This document shows positions 35,091 to 43,500 of a stretch of 64,000 nucleotides of DNA, one piece after another. Every line of letters starts with the position of its first letter. Positions within the stretch are counted from its first letter, which is position 1. Position numbers and translations under genes: made by a program. The notes below the pieces were generated by a model. That model ran no database searches, was not told the DNA's origin, and saw only the letters and a program-made list of their open reading frames with translations. The stretch comes from an uncultured Candidatus Poseidoniales archaeon. Lineage in GTDB: Archaea; Thermoplasmatota; Poseidoniia; Poseidoniales; Poseidoniaceae. The DNA lies in NCBI GenBank assembly GCA_964613395.1, contig CAZTGO010000005.1:336-64335 (forward strand). The letters are read 5' to 3'.

Positions 35091-38000
35091 CTACTTCTTC
35101 GAATTAATGTACTGCCAACCATATGCATTCCATTGCTCCATTGTCCAGCCCTCTGGAAGACCAGTTGGTGGAACAGGTGGTGCAGCAGGCATTGGCGCAG
35201 GTGCCGCAGGAGCGGCTTGTGGAGGAGGAATCGTTGGATTTGGTGGTGATTTGATTTCTGGGACAATTTTGTCACCATCATCCATTGACTCAACGACATC
35301 TGCTGTTTGGTCAGATTCATCTTCAAATGATTCCGCAATGAGCCTTCGACGCATGACCATCGACCATACACCAAAGGAAATTGATCCCAATGCAATGATG
35401 AAGAGTACGATGCTAAAGATCCCTTCTGACGCTTGTTGTGAAAGTGCTTCACCATCGCGTATCGTTTGTTCTTTAACAATGAGTGGGTCAACTGTCATCC
35501 TGTCCATCTCAACACCATCAACGAGTACGAGAACTCGATATTCGATGCTTTCACCTGCAACAACATCAGCTGTATCAGATAGCGTTGCGATGAATTCTTG
35601 ATTGGATGTCACGTCAAGGGTAATGACATCAGTTTCAGACCAAAAACCACCTTCAATCAGTCGTTGTAACGATAATTGAACTTGGCCCGTGCCTCCAACA
35701 TTGACTCCTTTGACAATCATACTTGACATCTGGCCTTGGGTAGGACTCGGGTTCGACCATTGCAGCGATGAACTTTCAGCCTGCAGGTCAACCATCGGAC
35801 CAATAAGTGCCAGTGGCCAAGATGCAAATGGTTCAATCATCGAATTACCATTGGTATCAAATGGATTACCTGCTTCATCTGAACCTGAAATCCAAACATC
35901 AACTGTATATGATTGGAGTAATGTCGTAGCACCTGCGTCCGTCAAATCAAGAGAACCTGTCCAAAAGAATTGGTCTCCGAATGGTGTAATCTCAGGTAGC
36001 AAAACGCTGCCTCTCGAAATTTCTGCCTCTCCTGCCTTCACTCTGTAGTGAAGCACTGCAGGTTTATCGAAATCGAAACCATTTTCATCTCTCGTCTCAA
36101 GTTGTACAAGCAAATCATCGGCATTCCCAATCGAGAGAGGCATATTGGGTTCAACACCGCCAAGAGAAATACCGGCTATTGTAGGTTGGTCACTATCGAC
36201 TGCTAGGCGCACTCTTGGAACAAATGGTGATTGATCTTCTGCTAAGCCTGGCAGGTCATCTAGCTTTAGTCGCAAATCAAGATGACCTGAACGTACAGAT
36301 GGAACAAGCAAATCAAGAGAAAATTCTCCATCTAACCTTGTCGAAGTTTCCCATAGGAATTCAAAGTCCCCGAATGTAACATCAAACGCACCGGCTGGAG
36401 CTGGGGTTTCATCCTCTGAGAATAAGACTCTACCTGTAACTCGTAGTGCCTGTCCTGCACCGATGATGGTCTCATAGTTTTCGTCATTGTAGTGATTCAC
36501 ACCATTTCGAAGTTCAACTGCCCGGATGTGACCGCTCTCGGTATCGAATCTGAAGTCATTATCTAAACTCCACCAATCTTCGCCTAAACCGTATTCAAGT
36601 TCGTGACACGGTGTAATTTCACCTACATTGCAAGGACGGTCGGTAATGAGTATTTTTGGAATGAAATGCGACTCTCCGTTTGTGTCAAAAATTTCAGGGA
36701 AGGTCCATGTTAATTGAAATCTTGCTTGAATCAAAATTTTGCTCTCATTTAATGGGTCAATTTCGACTGTTGAGTAAATGTTTGATACTGCAATGTTGGT
36801 TGAACCAGACGCCATCACCGCACGAGGTAGACCGTTGTCATCTTCTTCCATACTGATGAATATTGATGATTCGTCATCTTCGAAATCACCGCTGAGTGTG
36901 AGTTGAATGTATTGGATATCTTTCCAAGTATTCCGATCGCTAACAACGAGTTGTGCAGTGTAAAGAATACCTGGGTGAAGAGGCTGGTAATCATCGTGTC
37001 CGACAATTGTTGAATTGCCGATATCGACGCTGGGTTGGAATTCTTGACGAATCACATAAGTTACGAGATCTGCATCCCAGTCAGGAACTGTCTCTCCAGG
37101 CCTGTATCCACATGATACGCTACTTTGTGGACAAACTGGACCTCCACCCATTGCGACCTGATTGTTTTGACCATCTTTTCCAGAGACATAGAACGATACT
37201 TTTTGTCCGTGCAATAACATTGAATCATCGATCACCCCTTCAAAGATATTCAAGCCACCAACTTGAGTATCAGGTGAACCAATACTCATGAGTTCATATT
37301 CGTCTGCATTTGGCAACCCATCAAAATTGTAGTCAGTGCATCCGATTGCATCGCTTGCCCTACAGCCTATCCAATAGTGGAGTGAGATAGAATTTGGTGG
37401 ATCAACGGAATCTTGTATCGTGATTGATATAGGTTGTCCACCACCGGTCGCAGCGTGTTGTTCTGACCCATCAATTGGCGTCGCTTGAATGACAAGTGGA
37501 GAATTACCATCGAGAACAAGGCGAATGGAATTGTACGAAGGATTCGCAAACACCGAACCGTTCACCAGGTCAACAGCTTGTACGTAGAACACCATTCCTC
37601 CGGGGTGAGATTCTGTCGGTGAAGTGAATGTAAAGTTGTATTCACCGAAGGCAGGATTTACCTCTTCGAAGAGGACCATAGGCTCTCCAATCGGGTCACC
37701 ATCATACGTCACATTTTGACCAATGATACGGATTGAGAAAGACCCTGCTTCTGGCATAAGTTGAGAACTTTCAAAATGAATACCTCCAGTAAATGTCAAA
37801 TTATATCCGCCACGTACCCAGTCAAAAGAATACAACTCTCGCCCAGTTTCTTCAAAGACTCGCAACCCATCAAGTTGAATGTCATTTTCAATGACGAGAT
37901 CCATGTCTGAAGTTATCCATCCGTTTACTGCTACACCAAGACTATCTTCAACCGTAACAACTGCTTCAGCATCGGACTCATCATTCCAACTCCAGTTAAC

Positions 38001-40451
38001 TATCGTTGGTATACGAATCACCAATTCTCCTTTCGAATTGATGGAAGAAGAACAATTTGTGGTATCAAATTGAATAATACCTGCAGCATCTGATATTGTG
38101 CTGCACGAATCACCCAACTGCCACATAAATGACGGTGTTGGTCCATGAGAATTAAGAATTCCAATTGTTGCTTTGGTCACCCTGTCAACATCATCTCCAT
38201 GAGCCACCGTAGCGATTAAATTTCGATAGATTCCATCGGGTGCTGTTAGACCTCCTTCAAATTCGACGCCCACTGCACGGGTTTGCATCTTGTAGGAAAT
38301 ATCGATATTCGAAATCTTAACTCGACCTGATGTGGCAGCCTTGATCGCTATTGGAACATTGACGGTCCCCTCTCCATTTTCAGGTATGAAATCATTGAAT
38401 GCATCGATGAGGGATGGTGCATCTCGCACCACCGAGCCGACAGCTGATTCATCGGTTGCGACGATTGACGATTCATTGAGGAACAACAATGAACGCCAGT
38501 CCCATGTTCCATCGTTACCAATATCAATTTCTGGTCTATCCGGATATCCTTCTTCAAAATTCAATGTGAATTTGTCAATCTTTGGAGTTATTGTAGCATC
38601 ATTGGTGGTAAGGAAAATCGCATACTTGAGTGTGTTTCCAGCGTCCTCTGTTGAGAAACTTGTCTCTTGATTGTTCGGAGCCTCCTTCCAATTGGTGCCG
38701 TTATCATTTGAAACCATTACTGAAATTGAAGTGCCCACCGGTTCATCCGCAACCCATACAGGTCGAACTTTACCGACCTTTGTACCGGTATTGAAATGTG
38801 GACTTGTCCATTCTCCCGAAGGTTGATATTCAGTTGCATATTCAATGTTAACCCACCAGGAAACTGCAGTTGAACCAATAAGTTGTGCTTTCCAAACAAG
38901 TTCGTTACCCGGGTAAGCAAAGTGGATTGTTTCATTGCTCACAACAGGTTCCCAATGCGTCCCATTGTCTGCGGATATCCAATAATCGACACGGTCACCG
39001 ATAGATGATGCTGACCAGTACGCCTTCATGTTGGCTGAAAGAATCTCATCGCCGCTATTCACGACAGGACCATACCATGTGGTTGTTCCGGGAGCAGGTG
39101 TCGTTTTGTAGGTCCAGCCTGTCCCAAATTCTCTGTAGTATAACGTGGAGCCGGACCAGGTGGAATAACCTGAATCAACGGTGATGAATCGCTTTCCATC
39201 ATATTGCAGGCCGTAACCGAGAGGGGAAATTTGGCGAACGCCTTGTTGCGGTACAAGGGAAGATGATTGGCCTGAAATGGACCATGCTTCCAATTGATCT
39301 CTGTCGTTGTAGTACTGATCTTTTTGGCATCGCATAAAGAACGTCGATTCGTTTACTTCGAGACCACGAACAAGTTGGCCTGTTCTTCCACAATCCCAAC
39401 TAGAACCCGATGAGGAGGAGAATGTGTACATGCTGTCACCACGCTGATATTGACCTGTACCATCGCTGCTAAAGGTGTACGGAACGATGGATCGAGCGGA
39501 GTTGTGGACAATCCATACGACATCTCTTGAGTGGTCGTAAGCTATGGCAACATAGTCTTGCAATTGTGGTGAAACATCGTAGGAGTCTATGCATGTCCAC
39601 ACATCGTCTCTTGAAACATCCATCTCGACGACGCGATGGTACATGACTGGGGCTGTTGAACCATAGGGATATTTGTAGCCGGATAAGATGCCAAACAATC
39701 GTTCGTCATCGGTGAGCGTCCAATCTCTAAAACCATACATTCCATAATAACTGCTCGAATGCTTTTGTGGAAGAGTACACTGCGCTTTGTCAAGTGTGAT
39801 TGTTGATTCGATGGTTGCGTTGTTTGGATATAATCTCTTGACGACGTTATGGAATGAAGATGAGGACCATGTTGACAAAAATAACCAATCATGATGCTTG
39901 AGGATTGCTCCTTGTCCTTGAGCCATAAATGTCGTAGCTGTCTTACTAACTTGTTGGGAGAATCTTGATTCAGTTGCGTTTGATGTGTGAGGTTGCCTTA
40001 AGGAAAAGGAACCGTTGTCTAACCATGCATTTGAGTTTGGGTCTTCTATTGCATCGTTTCCGTGAGGATCAAACAATACCGTTGTATTACCCATTGCAAG
40101 TGTTAGGTCATCGCTTCTATCATCAACGAGTGTATCGAGTCCTTTCACCCAATCTTTTCGTTCATCCGTTACCAATTGCGACCATCCTGTTGCTGATGCT
40201 CCCGACAATGTCAAACTGACATCTGTAACCAGAGCACCCTTTGGAATTTGGATTTCAGCTCCTGTATCAGGGTTCCCTCCCTGATAGAGTGCAATATACT
40301 CCGACGAGCCATCCTTGAAATCGTAGATGTGTCGGGCAACGCCAGCAGCTTGTGCATCATCAACAACATTCGTGAAAACAGGCGACCATGGTGTAAACAT
40401 CATAATGAATATGATGAAAATTGCCGCTCGGCTCGACCGAATTGAATTCAT
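35091..40451 (-). CDS. Giant (1786 aa) surface protein with Asp-box-containing beta modules, C-terminal TM helix and Pro-rich cytoplasmic tail
   Basis: Signal peptide AAIFIIFIMMFTPWSPVFTNVVDDAQA. Two Asp-box (S-x-D-x-G-x-T-W) motifs: SADNGTHW at nt 38952..38975 and SNDNGTNW at nt 38688..38711. TM helix IFSIVLFIIALGSISFGVWSMV. 86-aa tail (nt 35094..35351). Confidence 0.85.
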   Translation of the reverse strand: MNSIRSSRAAIFIIFIMMFTPWSPVFTNVVDDAQAAGVARHIYDFKDGSSEYIALYQGGNPDTGAEIQIPKGALVTDVSLTLSGASATGWSQLVTDERKDWVKGLDTLVDDRSDDLTLAMGNTTVLFDPHGNDAIEDPNSNAWLDNGSFSLRQPHTSNATESRFSQQVSKTATTFMAQGQGAILKHHDWLFLSTWSSSSFHNVVKRLYPNNATIESTITLDKAQCTLPQKHSSSYYGMYGFRDWTLTDDERLFGILSGYKYPYGSTAPVMYHRVVEMDVSRDDVWTCIDSYDVSPQLQDYVAIAYDHSRDVVWIVHNSARSIVPYTFSSDGTGQYQRGDSMYTFSSSSGSSWDCGRTGQLVRGLEVNESTFFMRCQKDQYYNDRDQLEAWSISGQSSSLVPQQGVRQISPLGYGLQYDGKRFITVDSGYSTWSGSTLYYREFGTGWTYKTTPAPGTTTWYGPVVNSGDEILSANMKAYWSASSIGDRVDYWISADNGTHWEPVVSNETIHFAYPGNELVWKAQLIGSTAVSWWVNIEYATEYQPSGEWTSPHFNTGTKVGKVRPVWVADEPVGTSISVMVSNDNGTNWKEAPNNQETSFSTEDAGNTLKYAIFLTTNDATITPKIDKFTLNFEEGYPDRPEIDIGNDGTWDWRSLLFLNESSIVATDESAVGSVVRDAPSLIDAFNDFIPENGEGTVNVPIAIKAATSGRVKISNIDISYKMQTRAVGVEFEGGLTAPDGIYRNLIATVAHGDDVDRVTKATIGILNSHGPTPSFMWQLGDSCSTISDAAGIIQFDTTNCSSSINSKGELVIRIPTIVNWSWNDESDAEAVVTVEDSLGVAVNGWITSDMDLVIENDIQLDGLRVFEETGRELYSFDWVRGGYNLTFTGGIHFESSQLMPEAGSFSIRIIGQNVTYDGDPIGEPMVLFEEVNPAFGEYNFTFTSPTESHPGGMVFYVQAVDLVNGSVFANPSYNSIRLVLDGNSPLVIQATPIDGSEQHAATGGGQPISITIQDSVDPPNSISLHYWIGCRASDAIGCTDYNFDGLPNADEYELMSIGSPDTQVGGLNIFEGVIDDSMLLHGQKVSFYVSGKDGQNNQVAMGGGPVCPQSSVSCGYRPGETVPDWDADLVTYVIRQEFQPSVDIGNSTIVGHDDYQPLHPGILYTAQLVVSDRNTWKDIQYIQLTLSGDFEDDESSIFISMEEDDNGLPRAVMASGSTNIAVSNIYSTVEIDPLNESKILIQARFQLTWTFPEIFDTNGESHFIPKILITDRPCNVGEITPCHELEYGLGEDWWSLDNDFRFDTESGHIRAVELRNGVNHYNDENYETIIGAGQALRVTGRVLFSEDETPAPAGAFDVTFGDFEFLWETSTRLDGEFSLDLLVPSVRSGHLDLRLKLDDLPGLAEDQSPFVPRVRLAVDSDQPTIAGISLGGVEPNMPLSIGNADDLLVQLETRDENGFDFDKPAVLHYRVKAGEAEISRGSVLLPEITPFGDQFFWTGSLDLTDAGATTLLQSYTVDVWISGSDEAGNPFDTNGNSMIEPFASWPLALIGPMVDLQAESSSLQWSNPSPTQGQMSSMIVKGVNVGGTGQVQLSLQRLIEGGFWSETDVITLDVTSNQEFIATLSDTADVVAGESIEYRVLVLVDGVEMDRMTVDPLIVKEQTIRDGEALSQQASEGIFSIVLFIIALGSISFGVWSMVMRRRLIAESFEDESDQTADVVESMDDGDKIVPEIKSPPNPTIPPPQAAPAAPAPMPAAPPVPPTGLPEGWTMEQWNAYGWQYINSKK
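35094..35159 (-). other. C-terminal tail peptide LPEGWTMEQWNAYGWQYINSKK (copy 2 of the shared motif)
   Basis: Hand translation gives GGT CTT CCA GAG GGC TGG ACA ATG GAG CAA TGG AAT GCA TAT GGT TGG CAG TAC ATT AAT TCG AAG AAG. The first 33 nt match the copy at 4482..4547 at 29 of 33 positions. Confidence 0.8.
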
Positions 40452-40529
40452 AGCACCGCCCCTCTTGCTAACGCATTAAACTCATAGCCTTTGAAGAATA
40501 CGGTTTCTTGTCATAAGCCATGTATCAAC

Positions 40530-43500
40530 TCAAGTTTCTCGCGAGTCATACCGAATTGGTGAGGATTGGCCACGTACACCATCTTCTTCATCGTCACGTA
40601 CTTCAAACCAATCAACGAGCCAATCGCCATCCGTGTCCCAGTTCATTGGACTGCTACCCTCAGCGAGATGGTCATCATCGAAATCTAGCAGGTACCATCC
40701 AAATTCGTGTTCGCCAACATTTCGATCGGGAGCTGTATGTGGTGAAAATTCATAATAAATCTCCCATGCATCTGTCTTATTCCCTGCAAGAATTATTTCG
40801 TCATCAGAAGCATTGAGTTCAAAGAAACTCACATCATTATCGTTGACGATATACCCGTATTGGTAATCTTGTCCAGCAAATTTATCCATTTTGAGATAGT
40901 TCAAAACAAGTTCATTAGACTGACCGATACCAAGCACTGCTTTCCTCAATTGCCACCACTCCGTAACTAAATTCCCATCAACAGTTAAACCAGATAATCT
41001 CACTGCATTTGGTGACGAGTATTCTTGAAGTGTAAAGGCGTAAAATTCTTGGAAATTTGTATATGGCTCGTATGTACAACCAACTCCGGTGCAGTCCCAG
41101 TTTCCGTCTTGGTCTGGGTCTTGATTCGCATCATTTGGGTCCGCTGGGTCGAGGGTGAACCACGTGTATTCCAAATCAGGTCGTTGAAGTTGCCCAGTAT
41201 CTGAATTGAGCGACAACGGTAAGCAAGATGATGTGGATGTAGTACAGGGACCTCCAGTTCCCGGGTCAATCCATTGAACTTGAATTTTTAAGAAAGAACT
41301 GAAATTATCGTTGGATTCATTCCATCCTAACTTGTATTCATACCAATCTGGCAACATATCTCCATCAGAATCATTATCGCTTGGATTGCTTCCATACTTG
41401 AACACTTCACGACCATCAGAATAATTGTAATCTTGAACATGCGAAAGAACAACGCCATTTTCCACAGTCGTGATGAATGTAACGCTATCACCATCGGAAT
41501 CATTGAGGTCAGGCCTCGTGTTGTTCATCCATTCCATCTGATTGGTGAAAGGTAGATCACCAATACCGGGTTGAATTTGTTGCGAAGAAGGCGTAAACAC
41601 ACGATTGTCCCAAACACCTTGAGTTGCCGGTTGGTCAAAGGTCGTTCGCCCATACCACCCATCATGGTCACCATCATAATTTATGTCAAATGGATTGAGT
41701 GGATTTGAAGACCAGTGGTTGATTGTCGTTGTGTCGTTCATTCCAAAGATTGCGTAACAATATTCCCAACCATCAGGAATACCATCACTGTCTGAATCCG
41801 GGTGTGTTGGGTCAGCGACTCCTCTTAATGACCGATTGAAATTTCCAGAATCGAGTGAATTGATTTTTTCCATTCGATCAAGCGAATCCGGGCCTTTCGC
41901 AATAAAGTCTTGATACAAAGCAAGTTGTGATTGCAAAATCGAGTAACCCAATTCTTCTTGATAAGCGAGCATGGCATCTTCCCCGAAATCGATGATGCCA
42001 AGTTCAAGTGGCACCGTCGCCCTCATGTCGAATTTACCCCACGTTCTCGACTCCCATTCACGTAAATTGGAAAACAGTTCATCTTGTGAGATGTCTCCAT
42101 CTCCATTGCAATCATAACTATCATCGTCTGAGTCAAGGTACACATCTCCATCGATGAGAGGATTCATACTCCATCTATTTTCATCCAAATCCCATGATGT
42201 AAACCAATATTCAAATCCGTCGTACATTCCGTCGCCATCTGTATCGCTTGACGTTGGGTCAGTCATCCCTTGTAGAACAGAAATGAATGCATTCGGAGGC
42301 TCGCCGGATTGCCAAGCATTGAAATCATCAAGGAGGCGTTTTCCACGTGTGTTCTTTGAGATGAGCATGTTGAAAATTCGTTGTGCTTTTTCGGTCGGCT
42401 GTTGAAGATCGCCATCAATATGGAGGAGAGGTGCATCACTCGGATGTTCGATTCCGTTATCGGGCTGCATTGTTGCGAGGGCAAACTCTTGTTTATCGAT
42501 AAGGCCGTCTTCGTCACCATCGAAATTTCCATCGTCTGGCACGAGTGGATTGAGCGTCCACACTTCAGCGGAAGAGTTCCACGCCGTGAAGAGCAACTCC
42601 AATCCGTCGAGCATCCCATCACCATCTGTATCGATGTTGTTTGGGTCTGTCGTCATACCAGATATATTTCGAACTCCTTCATCGATGAAACTACCGAATG
42701 AGGATGATGTTGGAATGCCCGGCCATTGTTGTAATGCGTAGGCTGTGCCAACAGTTGTCACGAACCATTGTGGAGAACTCCTGTTGCTCTGGATCTCAGA
42801 GAAGATTGGATCAATCGAATTGTACTCCTCCCAATTCGTCATACCATCATCATCTGCATCTTCCCAGCGGTCTTTCGAATCGAGGGGATTTAATGTCCAG
42901 CCATCATCGAGTAGATTCCATCGGGCAAACCAAATCTCCCATCCGTCTGGCATACCATCTGTATCCGAGTCAGAATCCCAAGGATTTGCAGCACCGATAC
43001 TGTATGTGGTTTGGCTGTTGTATAGTTCACTAAATGCCCTGTCAGAAAACGTGTCTTCTGGTTCGCCGTAGTCGTAGATGTGGTCGAACAAATTTGTTTC
43101 AAATGCCATGGGGAATTCTTCGCCGTCAAACGTACCATTGCTCACAAACAAGTCACTTCGGAGATGATATTCGAGGTAGTTGACAAATTGCTCGTTCAAT
43201 GTCAATACGCCATCATGGTTGATGTCGTATCCATCACCATCAGGGTTGCCGAGAACATCGGTTGAATTGAGTGGATTGACACCATTGTATTCGGGCGACC
43301 ATGTACAACGTCCGTTTGATTCCCAGCCATCAGGGAGCGAATCTCCGTCTGAATCGATAGAATTTGGATCTGCAACACTCCAATTTGCTACAGCTTCAGG
43401 AACTTCTCCGAAATTTTCAATCAACTCACCCTCCAAGCCTGCAAGCCTCACGAGTGACCATTGATACTCACAAAGGTTGGCAAGCCCATCGCTATCTGCA

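Noticed and set aside
35107-35601. 164-aa + strand ORF rich in Gly/Ala (GGTGGAAGIGAGAAGAACGGG)
   Set aside because: It is the reverse-complement reading of the proline-rich tail codons of the 1786-aa gene, so it is a compositional artefact.
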